Of a DNA stretch of 64,000 nt, positions 48,211-57,166 are shown one piece after another. How positions within the stretch are numbered: position 1 is the first letter of the stretch; each line of letters starts with the position of its first letter. The notes beneath the pieces were generated by a model. The model made no database searches, was not told where the DNA came from, and saw only the letters and a list, made by a program, of their open reading frames with translations. The position numbers and the translations under genes were made by a program. Source of the DNA: an uncultured Rhodospirillales bacterium (GTDB taxonomy: Bacteria > Pseudomonadota > Alphaproteobacteria > ATCC43930 > CGMCC-115725); contig CAIXXC010000413.1 of assembly GCA_903923205.1 (NCBI GenBank), positions 6,524-70,523 on the forward strand. The letters are read 5' to 3'.

Positions 48211-49443
48211 GTGCCCGGCTCTTTCGACCCGGTCGCAATTGCCCGCGACTTCGAACTGAGATCCCTGCCGCCCGATTTTCATGACGATCCGTATCGCTAT
48301 TACCGGGCGCTGCGCGACCACGCCCCCGTCAAGCCCATGCCCGATGGCTCGGTATTTCTGACCCGATACGCCGATCTTGACCATGTCTACAAGGACCCGA
48401 TCGGGTTCAGCTCCGACAAACGCCAGGAATTCCTGCCGAAGTTCGGCCAGTCGCTGACCTATGAACATCATACCACGAGCCTCGTCTTCAACGACCCGCC
48501 CCTCCACACCCAGGTTCGGCGAATCCTTCAAGGCGCGCTTGGCCCACGCGCAATTGCCGAAATGGAAGATAGCCTCGTCGTCCTGGTCGAGCGGCTGCTC
48601 GACGGGCTTGAGGCCAGGGGCGAAGGCGATCTCATCGAGGATTTCGCATCAGCGATCCCGATCGAGGTCATCGGCAATCTTCTCGGTGTACCGCAGGCCG
48701 ATCGCGGCCCGCTGCGACGCTGGTCGTTGACCATCCTGGGCGCGCTCGAACCCGCAATTTCGCAAGCGGCGCTCGACACCGCCAATGCCGCTATCGCGGA
48801 ATTTCTCGATTATCTTGAAATCCTGGTGGCCGATCGCCGCATCCATCTCGGCAGTCCCGACACAGATGTTCTGTCTCGCCTTATCGTCGGCGAGGCCAAT
48901 GGCGAGAAATTGGGCCACCGTGAATTATTGCAGAACTGTATCTTCCTGCTGAATGCCGGCCACGAAACCACGACGAATCTGATCGGCAACGGCCTTGCGT
49001 TGCTCCTTGATTGGCCGGACGAACGGCGCCGCCTGACGGTCGATATCGACGGGCTTATTCGCCCCGCCATCGACGAGTTCCTGAGGTTCGAAAGCTCCAA
49101 TCAACTTGGCAATCGCCGCGCGATGGCAGATTGCGTCGTTGGCGGCACGTCACTGGCGGCTGGAACCCTGATTACCCTGTGCATCGGTGCCGCCAATCGC
49201 GACCCGGCGCGCTTCCCTGACCCTGATCGGCTTGATATCGGGCGCAATCCCAATCGGCACCTCGCCTTCGCGACGGGGGCACATACCTGCCTCGGCATGA
49301 ACCTCGCCCGTCTGGAAGGCCGGATTGCGATTGCGGGTTTCCTGCGGCGGTTTCCCAACTACGCCTTGCGGGCACCGGCCCAGCGTGGCGGCCGCGTGCG
49401 CTTCCGCGGTTTCACCAGTCTGCCCGTCACGCTGCGGGCATAA
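48211..49443 (+). CDS. Cytochrome P450
   Basis: I-helix AGHETT, ExxR (EFLR) and haem-binding loop FATGAHTCLGMNLAR. GTG at 48211 with a GGAGG SD; 1-nt gap after the dioxygenase gene. Confidence 0.9.
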   Translation: MPGSFDPVAIARDFELRSLPPDFHDDPYRYYRALRDHAPVKPMPDGSVFLTRYADLDHVYKDPIGFSSDKRQEFLPKFGQSLTYEHHTTSLVFNDPPLHTQVRRILQGALGPRAIAEMEDSLVVLVERLLDGLEARGEGDLIEDFASAIPIEVIGNLLGVPQADRGPLRRWSLTILGALEPAISQAALDTANAAIAEFLDYLEILVADRRIHLGSPDTDVLSRLIVGEANGEKLGHRELLQNCIFLLNAGHETTTNLIGNGLALLLDWPDERRRLTVDIDGLIRPAIDEFLRFESSNQLGNRRAMADCVVGGTSLAAGTLITLCIGAANRDPARFPDPDRLDIGRNPNRHLAFATGAHTCLGMNLARLEGRIAIAGFLRRFPNYALRAPAQRGGRVRFRGFTSLPVTLRA

Positions 49444-49451
49444 CGAACCGC

Positions 49452-50948
49452 CTAGACCGCCTGCCAGTGCGAAATACCATCGGCGCTCGCCCTTAGAATG
49501 CCGCCATCCCCGATGGGGGAACGGTCAAGCGAGACCAGTCGCTCGATCGTGTCCTCGTCATCAGCCGGCACCCGCGCCATGGTCCGTCGCCCATCTTGAA
49601 GCAGGGTGAGGACCACACCATGTGCGGGCCGACCGTCCCGATCATAGATCACCGTGAAGGTTTCCAGCGCCGCAGGACCTGTCGTCGCCTCGACGAAGGC
49701 CGGAACCGGGCCGCGTCGGATATCGGCTTCGGCCTGGACAGCACTGTCGACAGGCGCCAGACGATGATCGGCCTGTTCCGCCGACAGGACGATGGCGTGG
49801 TGCTTTGTCACGAACTCCCCCTGGCCATAGACAAGCCCCAATCCGCCGTCGCCGCGAATCCGGCGCGCCATCGCGCAGATCGCATGCGTCATATAATTGT
49901 TGAGGGGCGCCCCAAAGAAGGTGAGGCCACCCGTGACCGTCGGCTGGACATTCTCGTCGAGCCCCAAGGTGCGCCGCGCCATCTTGGGCACGCAGGGAAA
50001 ACAGCTGTAGAGCTCGAGCGCGTCGAATCCCCTGCCAGCGGTCACTCTCAGCGCCGCCTCGAGAACCGCATCCTGAGCGTAGCTCTGGTAGTACTGGTCG
50101 CGATCGAGATAGTCGCGCGGCTCATTCGCGGCGGCGCCACCCCAGAAATAGACCAGGCGAGACTCGGCAATGCCGGCGGTGCGTGCCCGCGCCAAACTGG
50201 TGACGATCACCGCAGCACCCTGGTTCACCGTGGGGTTGGCAACCATCCGTTTCGTGTAGGGCCAGGCGATCAGCCGGTTTTCCGACGTCGGCTCGGTGAT
50301 CTCGGCCGGGCTGAACGAGTGGCGCAACCACGCGTTGGGATTTTCTGCGGCGATCCGGGCGTACTCCGACCACAGCAACCCGGATTCAGCCAGCGCCTCT
50401 ACCGGAGTCTGGCCCCAATAGGCAGCGGAAGCAGCATCGTAGAAGGGGTAGACATTGGTCGGCTGGGTCACACCAAGGCGGGCTGCGAGCGGGTGGAGAA
50501 AATCGTCGCCGCGCAACGGAGGCGGGCCACCGTCGAGTTGCGGTGTCCAGGGCAGCGCGATCCCGGCGCGCTGGGCCTTCGCGACCGTGCTCTGTGCTTC
50601 GGCCCCCACGATCGCCGCGACCGCGCTCTCACCATGGGCAATCCGCAACGCCGCTTCGTGAACAAGCCGCACCGGGCTCTCCCCGCCGATTGGCCCATAG
50701 ACCGCGCGGCGTGGAGCGATGCCGAGGCGGGCGGTCAGTTGTTTGGCTGGATCGGCATAGCGCCAGCTCATCAAGTTGACGATATCGAGCGAATCAATTT
50801 CGCTGATGAGGTTACCGCCGCCATCGTCCTCGGCCAGGCGCAATGCCGCCTGCATCAGCGCCAGCGGCTCGAGCCCGAGGCAGGGGTCGTCTGGGCGGTC
50901 AAGAACGTCGCCGACACCGATGATAACGGGAATGCGGTCTTCAGCCAT
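49452..50948 (-). CDS. Thiolase-like (SCP-x/acetyl-CoA acetyltransferase-like) protein with a C-terminal extension of about 120 aa
   Basis: Thiolase-fold blocks (IIGVGDV, LYSCFPCVP, FGAPLNNY). The extra C-terminal beta-rich segment (ALETFTVIYDRDGRPAHGVVL) resembles OB-fold DUF35-type partners. The Met at 50948 has a GGAG SD. Confidence 0.65.
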   Translation of the reverse strand: MAEDRIPVIIGVGDVLDRPDDPCLGLEPLALMQAALRLAEDDGGGNLISEIDSLDIVNLMSWRYADPAKQLTARLGIAPRRAVYGPIGGESPVRLVHEAALRIAHGESAVAAIVGAEAQSTVAKAQRAGIALPWTPQLDGGPPPLRGDDFLHPLAARLGVTQPTNVYPFYDAASAAYWGQTPVEALAESGLLWSEYARIAAENPNAWLRHSFSPAEITEPTSENRLIAWPYTKRMVANPTVNQGAAVIVTSLARARTAGIAESRLVYFWGGAAANEPRDYLDRDQYYQSYAQDAVLEAALRVTAGRGFDALELYSCFPCVPKMARRTLGLDENVQPTVTGGLTFFGAPLNNYMTHAICAMARRIRGDGGLGLVYGQGEFVTKHHAIVLSAEQADHRLAPVDSAVQAEADIRRGPVPAFVEATTGPAALETFTVIYDRDGRPAHGVVLTLLQDGRRTMARVPADDEDTIERLVSLDRSPIGDGGILRASADGISHWQAV

Positions 50949-51133
50949 GCTTTCCAACTCCTGTGAGGTCGCTTCCCCGCCCAACAAAGAACGAACGGTC
51001 GTCCGCCAGTTTCCACGACCCGGCAATAGAACACCAGAAACACCTGCAACGACGATTTGATCTGGACATTATCACCCGTTCGGGAGGTCAATTGCGGGCA
51101 TGACTTGATTCCCGGAAAGAGGAGGAACCAACC

Positions 51134-51712
51134 TTGGAGCACAAGCCAATCAGCCGTTATCCCGTTCCGGAACTCGGCGACCTGCCGGATGATATCCGTA
51201 CCCGCATTCTTGGAATCCAGGAAAAGCTGGAGTTCGTCCCCAACGTCTTCCTGGCCTTCGCCCGCCGCCCGGACGAGTTCCGCGCATTCGTCGCCTATCA
51301 TGATGCGTTGATGGAGGGTGATCGCGGTCTCTCCAAGGCAGAACGGGAAATGGTTGTCGTCGCCACCTCCGCGATGAACCAGTGCCAGTACTGCGTCGTC
51401 GCCCATGGCGCGATCCTGCGCATCCGGGCCCGGAATCCGTTGCTCGCGGACCAGATCGCCATCAATTATCGCAAAGCCGACATCACGCCGCGGCAAAAGG
51501 CGATGCTGGACTTCGCGATGAAGGTCTCGCGCCAATCCGAAGCAATAGAAGAGGCCGATTACGCGGTCTTAAAGGCCCATGGCTGGAGCGACGAGGATGC
51601 CTGGGATATTGGCGCGATCAGCGCATTTTTCGCGATGTCGAACCGCATGGCGAGCCTGATCACGCTCCGCCCCAACGACGAATTCTATCTCATGGGACGC
51701 GTCAAACGCTAG
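51134..51712 (+). CDS. AhpD-like / carboxymuconolactone decarboxylase-family peroxidase-related protein
   Basis: CxxC-H motif NQCQYCVVAHG and a conserved N-terminus (LGDLPDDIR...FVPNVF). Strong SD GAGGAGG before the TTG start. Confidence 0.75.
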   Translation: MEHKPISRYPVPELGDLPDDIRTRILGIQEKLEFVPNVFLAFARRPDEFRAFVAYHDALMEGDRGLSKAEREMVVVATSAMNQCQYCVVAHGAILRIRARNPLLADQIAINYRKADITPRQKAMLDFAMKVSRQSEAIEEADYAVLKAHGWSDEDAWDIGAISAFFAMSNRMASLITLRPNDEFYLMGRVKR

Positions 51713-51756
51713 TCGTCGCCCTGACAACGACGCGCTCAAGCCAGAAAGATGAAGCA

Positions 51757-52554
51757 ATGTCCGACGATCCATTGAGTGATTTCAAGGCTGCACAGCGGGA
51801 GGGTTGGTCCAGCTTCGCGCCGATCGCTGCCTTTACGACGCCGGCAGCGGCCCATCTCGTCGATTTCGCCGGCATCGCCTCTGGTCAGGTGGTGCTCGAT
51901 GTCGCCTGCGGCACCGGCGTCGTCGCGGTCACGGCGGCACGGCTTGGCGCCCGGTTGAGCGGGCTTGACCTGTCGCCTGCCTTGATCGAGGAGGCGAAAA
52001 ACAACGCGACCCTGCTTGACGCCGATATCGCTTTCCTGACCGGCGATGCCGAAAAACTTCCCTATCCCGATGGGCATTTCGACGCCGTGCTCAGCCAATT
52101 CGGCCACATGTTTGCGCCTCGACCAGACGTCGTGATCGCGGAGATGCTGCGCGTGCTCAAGCCCGGTGGGCGTGTTGCGTTCTCGACCTGGCCACCGGAA
52201 CTGGCGATCGGACGGATTTTTCGGCTGGTCGAGCGCTACCTGCCAATTCCGGCGGGCGTGCCGTCCCCAACCGCCTGGGGCGAGACTGCGGTCATACGCG
52301 AACGGCTGGGCGACCGGGTTACGGAGTTGGAGTTCAAGACCGCCGAGATGGTCGTGCCCACCCTCAGCACCCGGCACTACCTCTCTCTTATGGCCGCGAC
52401 GGCCGCGCCAATCCGGAAGGTTGCGGAGCAATTCGCTGATCGACCGGAACAACTTGAGACATTCCGCAACGAGTTTGAAGCAATCGCTGCAACCTATTTC
52501 AATGGCAATCAGATCCACCAAACCTTTCAAATGACCCGAGGCCGCAAGAGTTAG
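51757..52554 (+). CDS. Class I SAM-dependent methyltransferase
   Basis: Motif I VLDVACGTGVVA and motif post-I/II (DAEKLPYPDGHFDAV). The ATG at 51757 is chosen; the upstream part of the track ORF overlaps the previous gene. Confidence 0.8.
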   Translation: MSDDPLSDFKAAQREGWSSFAPIAAFTTPAAAHLVDFAGIASGQVVLDVACGTGVVAVTAARLGARLSGLDLSPALIEEAKNNATLLDADIAFLTGDAEKLPYPDGHFDAVLSQFGHMFAPRPDVVIAEMLRVLKPGGRVAFSTWPPELAIGRIFRLVERYLPIPAGVPSPTAWGETAVIRERLGDRVTELEFKTAEMVVPTLSTRHYLSLMAATAAPIRKVAEQFADRPEQLETFRNEFEAIAATYFNGNQIHQTFQMTRGRKS

Positions 52555-52909
52555 AGAAATCTGAGACGCATCCGCGACGCCATGAACACCGTAGAGTCGA
52601 GACGTGGTGCGGCACGGGGATTGCGCTGAAGATGGGGGTTGGAGAAACAGGAAGATGAGATTTTTAAGTTGCCGCTTTGGTGAACTTACAGCAGAATACG
52701 TCACTCAATTAATCACTAAACTGTCCTGAAGGTAGCGCGATAACAACGCCGCAGCGGCTGGGAAAAGAGATGCTGCCATCAGTCCACGGCAGTGTCTTCA
52801 CGGGAACTAGAACGGACGGTCGGAAGTTGATCATCTGGGCGCCGGGGGGGCGCGGATCCCGAATGATCGTCATCCGGGCAAAAACAAAATTTTGGGAAGG
52901 ACCCTAGAG

Positions 52910-54283
52910 ATGCGGATCAGAAAATACGATTTCAATTATGGCCGACGTGAACTGCTCGCCCGCGGTGGCGCTATGGTGGGTGCGGGCCTGCTCGCCCCGA
53001 TGTGGCCGCTCGTGGCCAAGGGTGCCGACATCTCCAAGGCCTATCCCGATGAGTTGCTCTCGGTCGATGCCTATACGAAGGGTGCCATCAAAACCGGCGA
53101 CACGGTTGACGCCAATAACGTCGATCACGTCAAGAACCTGCTGACGCCGGTACAGTACATGCAGGTCAAGACGATGGGCCGCCGCTTCAAGATCGTCCCG
53201 ACGACGACGGATGTCTCGAAGCTGTTCCCGCACGCTTACCTCGACGCGACGCTGCGCAATACCGGCAAGAGCAAGCTGGATGCCGATGGCAATGTCTGGA
53301 CGACCGATGGCAAGCCCTGGATCGGTGGACTGCCCTTCCCGGACCCCAAGAGCGCGCTCGAAGCGTTCGCGAACCTGACGCTGAGTTGGGGTCGTCACGA
53401 TAATGCCGTCTACGCGATCCAGGATCACGACCTGGATGAATACGGTAACGTCAATTACGCCTATGAATTCGCCTGGATCGAGGAGCAGGTTGCCTGCCGC
53501 CTGGGCGGTATCGGTCCCTACGCCGGTTCCGAGCATGCCGATCGCCTGCGCTACCAGACAGTGCTTTTCACCGGGCCTTCGGACGTAAAGGGGACGGCCT
53601 ATCTGAACAGCTGGTATTATGATCAGCGCAAATATCCGGATCTGATCGGGTATGTCCCGGCCTTCAAGAGGGTACGCAAATTCCCGACGAACCAGCGTTT
53701 CGAGCCGCTCGTCGCGGGCATGACGCTTTATCTGTCGGACGCCTGGGCCGCCGGCGATCCGGCGCTGACATGGGGCAATTACCGCGTCGTCGGCCGCACC
53801 TCGATGCTTTCCGGCGTTTCCGACAATTGGCACGGCGATCTCGACAACTGGGTAGCCCCGACCCATGGCGGGCCGAAGGGTCTGACCTTCTTCGAGTACA
53901 ACATGCAGATGGTGCCGGAGGCGATCATCGTCGAGGCCGAGCCAACCGGCTACCCGCGCGCGCCCGTCGGCAAAAAGCGTGTTTGGCTCGACACCCGGAA
54001 TCTCCAGGTCGTCGGCTACGAGACCTATGATCGTCGCGGCGCCTCGCTCAAGAGCTTCGAGCCGTCCTGGGGTCAGCACGTCAAGGGCGATCTGATCGAG
54101 ACTGAGAATGACGGCTCCCCCGTATGGACCTGGAGCCAGGTGATGAGCCATGACGTCCAGACCAACCGGATGACGCGCTTCACCCAGACCAAGGAAATCG
54201 ACGGCATCAAGTCGTCGCGAAACACCGAAGGTTTGTACGAAAAATATCTGACAGCCCAGGCGATCGGCCGCCTCGGTACCTGA
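52910..54283 (+). CDS. DUF1329-family (LolA-like, outer-membrane lipoprotein-sorting-like) periplasmic protein with a Tat-like signal
   Basis: RRELLARGGAMVGAGLLAP signal. The blocks NVDHVKNLLTPVQY, YLDATLRNTGKSKL and GGLPFPDPKSALEA resemble DUF1329 proteins as I recall them. Confidence 0.55.
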   Translation: MRIRKYDFNYGRRELLARGGAMVGAGLLAPMWPLVAKGADISKAYPDELLSVDAYTKGAIKTGDTVDANNVDHVKNLLTPVQYMQVKTMGRRFKIVPTTTDVSKLFPHAYLDATLRNTGKSKLDADGNVWTTDGKPWIGGLPFPDPKSALEAFANLTLSWGRHDNAVYAIQDHDLDEYGNVNYAYEFAWIEEQVACRLGGIGPYAGSEHADRLRYQTVLFTGPSDVKGTAYLNSWYYDQRKYPDLIGYVPAFKRVRKFPTNQRFEPLVAGMTLYLSDAWAAGDPALTWGNYRVVGRTSMLSGVSDNWHGDLDNWVAPTHGGPKGLTFFEYNMQMVPEAIIVEAEPTGYPRAPVGKKRVWLDTRNLQVVGYETYDRRGASLKSFEPSWGQHVKGDLIETENDGSPVWTWSQVMSHDVQTNRMTRFTQTKEIDGIKSSRNTEGLYEKYLTAQAIGRLGT

Positions 54284-54375
54284 ATGCGATCAGGCCCGGA
54301 CGATCCCTACCGTCCAAGCCTGATGTGCTCGCAGAACATCGACCCCGCACCAGACCGGTGCGGGGTCGATCCGTT

Positions 54376-56031
54376 TCAGGCGACGGCCTGCGCCTTGGTC
54401 ATGGGCTCCTGGATGAAGCCCTCGTAGCCCTTGGCGACGACTTCATCGCAGACCTGCTTGTACCGCTGGAAGCCGCCGAGATAGACGAGGAACACGCGCG
54501 CCTTGCCCGGAACATTGGCGCCGAGATACCAGGACTCGGCGGCCGGCAGCAGGGTCTCGTCCGCGATCTCGCGCACATGACTGACCCATTTCACCTCAGC
54601 TTCCCGGGTCGGCTCGATCGCAGCGATCTTGTTGCTGTTCATATGGGCGATGCAGTCGGCGATCCACTCGCAATGCTGCTCAATGCTGAGCGGCATGTTG
54701 AACAGCGCCGAGGGGCTGAGCGGCCCGGTCACGGTATAGAAGTTGGGGAAACCGTGGCTCATCAGGCCAAGATAGGTATGCGGTCCGGCGACCCAATGAT
54801 CCTGTAGCCGCTTGCCGTTGCGACCACGGACATTGAGCTTGAACAGCGACCCGGTGAAGGCATCGAAGCCGGTGGCGTAGATCAGGGCGTCGAGCTCGTA
54901 TTCGCCGCCGGCGGTCCTGATCCCCTTTTCTGTCAGCCGTTCGATCGGCTCGGCCTTGATATCGACCAGGCCGACATTGTCGCGATTATAGGTCTCGAAA
55001 TAGTTGGTCTCGCAAGGCTGGCGCTTGGTGCCGAAGACCACGCCCGGCTTTGGCACCAGCTTGTCCGCAAGCTTGGGGTCCTTGATCTTGGCGCGGATCT
55101 TCTCGCGGACGAAATTACCGGCGGTCTCGTTGGCCTTGAGATCAAGCAGGATATCGTTATAGGCACCCAGCCAGATGCTGAAACCGCCATCGTTCCAGCA
55201 TGCCTCGTAATGCGCCCGGCGTTGCTCCGGCGTGTCGGCCAGCGCCGAGGGACGGGTGCGATGGAACTCGACGCCCGCGAAGGAGCCCCAGGCCCCGCGA
55301 CGGTACTCGGTGTAATTCGCCTTGACCTTGCCCTGTTCCTCAAGCGTGAGGGGTTCGTTCATCAAGGGCGCAGCAAAACCGGGGGTACGCTGGAACACGG
55401 TGAGGTGGCCGGCGGTCTCGGCAACGACCGGGATCACCTGCATTCCCGTGGCGCCGGTACCGATGATGCCGACCTTCTTGCCCTTGAAGTCATAGCCTTC
55501 CTTCGGCCATTTGTGGGTCAGCAGGACATCGCCCTTGAAGCTCTCGGCGCCCGGGAATACCGGCGTCGCGGCGGTCGACAGCACGCCGACGCCGGAGATC
55601 AGATGGCGCGCCGTGACGACCTTGCCGTCATGGGTGGTGACGCGCCAGAACGCGCCGGCCTCGTCGTAATCGGCGGCGGCGACCCAGGTGCTGAAACGAA
55701 TGTCCTTCTTGAGGTCGAACTTCTTGGCGACGAATTCGAGGTAGGACAGGATTTCCGGCTGGGCCGCATATTTCTCGGACCATACCCATTCCTGCTGCAA
55801 TTCCTCGGAAAAGGAATACGAATAATCCATGCTCGGGATATCGCAACGCGCGCCAGGATAGCGGTTCCAGTACCATGTGCCGCCGACGCCATCGCCACCC
55901 TCGATCACGCTCGCTTTCAGCCCCTGCTTGTCACGCAGCAAATGAAGCATGTAGAGCCCGGCGAAACCGGCACCGACGATGACGGCGTCGAGTTCGGGGG
56001 TGGCGGTCTTGGCGATATCTGTCGTGCCCAT
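54376..56031 (-). CDS. Baeyer-Villiger (type I flavin) monooxygenase
   Basis: FAD motif GAGFAG, BVMO fingerprint FKGDVLLTHKWP (FxGxxxHxxxWP) and NADP motif GTGATG. Confidence 0.87.
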   Translation of the reverse strand: MGTTDIAKTATPELDAVIVGAGFAGLYMLHLLRDKQGLKASVIEGGDGVGGTWYWNRYPGARCDIPSMDYSYSFSEELQQEWVWSEKYAAQPEILSYLEFVAKKFDLKKDIRFSTWVAAADYDEAGAFWRVTTHDGKVVTARHLISGVGVLSTAATPVFPGAESFKGDVLLTHKWPKEGYDFKGKKVGIIGTGATGMQVIPVVAETAGHLTVFQRTPGFAAPLMNEPLTLEEQGKVKANYTEYRRGAWGSFAGVEFHRTRPSALADTPEQRRAHYEACWNDGGFSIWLGAYNDILLDLKANETAGNFVREKIRAKIKDPKLADKLVPKPGVVFGTKRQPCETNYFETYNRDNVGLVDIKAEPIERLTEKGIRTAGGEYELDALIYATGFDAFTGSLFKLNVRGRNGKRLQDHWVAGPHTYLGLMSHGFPNFYTVTGPLSPSALFNMPLSIEQHCEWIADCIAHMNSNKIAAIEPTREAEVKWVSHVREIADETLLPAAESWYLGANVPGKARVFLVYLGGFQRYKQVCDEVVAKGYEGFIQEPMTKAQAVA

Positions 56032-56289
56032 GAAGGGTCTCCCTGATCCCGTTTATTATCGATTACAATTAGCCGAACAGGCCGTCTTCTGATGCCCTAA
56101 TACCATTCCAAAATTGCTGGGAACATCCTCCTCTTTCAAATCCGTATAACTACCTACCGAGACAGGCTTCGACGGCGGTCCTGCGGGTGGCACAAAATCG
56201 CATCAGTAGATGTTTTGTTGCTCACGTGAAAAAGTGAGACGCGTGGTCATCGGCAACCGATCGAACCAAAAAATAGAGGGAGAGAAAAC

Positions 56290-57159
56290 ATGACCGAATG
56301 GGATGGACGCGGACTTGTCTCGACGGATTGGCTGGCGACGCATCTGGGCGATGCGGACTTGCGGTTGTACGATACCACGGTCCGCCTCGTGCCGAAGGTG
56401 CCGGGCCCCTATGAGATCGTCAGCGGTCGCGCGGCCTACGACGGGGCACATATTCCCGGCGCAGGCTTCCTGGATCTGATGACCGAGCTTTCCGACCCCG
56501 CCTCGGATGTCCCCTTCATGATGCCCGCGGTTGATCGACTGGCCGCTGCGCTGGGTAGCGCGGGGATCGGACCCGATAGCCGTGTCGTACTCTATTCCTG
56601 GCCGACCCCGATGTGGGCAACCAGACTTTGGTGGATGCTGCGCTCCTGCGGCTTCGATAATGTCGCGGTGCTCGACGGCGGCCTCGACAAGTGGCGCGCC
56701 GAAGGTCGGGCGATGGAAAGCGGGACCCGGAGCTATCCGGCGACACAGTTGAGCCTGTCCGCGCGGCCCGGCGCCTGGGCCGACAAGGAGGATGTTCTCG
56801 CCGCAATCGGCGATGACTCTGTCTGCACGATCAACGCGCTTTCTCCCGCGACCTTTCAGGGCACCGCCGAGTCGAGCTATGGCCGCAAAGGGCACATCAC
56901 CGGCAGCCTAAACGTCCCTTACGAGGCCTTGTTAAAGGCCGATGGCAGTTTTCGTCCTGATGCCGAGTTGCGACCCCTCTTCGCCGCAGCCGGGGCCTTT
57001 CAGCGCTCCCGCGTCATCTGTTACTGCGGCGGCGGTATATCCGCGACGATGGATGCGCTCGTGTTGACCCGCCTCGGCCATCCCCACATTGCCATCTACG
57101 ACGGCTCCATGTGGGAATGGGCGCGCGATCCATCGCTGCCGATGGCAACCGGCGTCTGA
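56290..57159 (+). CDS. Two-domain rhodanese-family sulfurtransferase
   Basis: Tandem rhodanese architecture. The active-site loop CYCGGGISAT is in the C-terminal domain, and the N-terminus has GHIPGAGFLD. Confidence 0.8.
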   Translation: MTEWDGRGLVSTDWLATHLGDADLRLYDTTVRLVPKVPGPYEIVSGRAAYDGAHIPGAGFLDLMTELSDPASDVPFMMPAVDRLAAALGSAGIGPDSRVVLYSWPTPMWATRLWWMLRSCGFDNVAVLDGGLDKWRAEGRAMESGTRSYPATQLSLSARPGAWADKEDVLAAIGDDSVCTINALSPATFQGTAESSYGRKGHITGSLNVPYEALLKADGSFRPDAELRPLFAAAGAFQRSRVICYCGGGISATMDALVLTRLGHPHIAIYDGSMWEWARDPSLPMATGV

Positions 57160-57166
57160 CGCAACC

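Noticed and set aside
56188-56202. Sigma-54-like sequences TGGCAC-aaaat-CGCA upstream of the rhodanese gene and TGGGAA-aagag-ATGCT at 52759-52774 upstream of the DUF1329 gene.
   Set aside because: The GG/GC spacing is correct, but the -12 or -24 boxes deviate from consensus. No enhancer-binding protein gene or functional rationale is present. These are too weak to call without TSS data.
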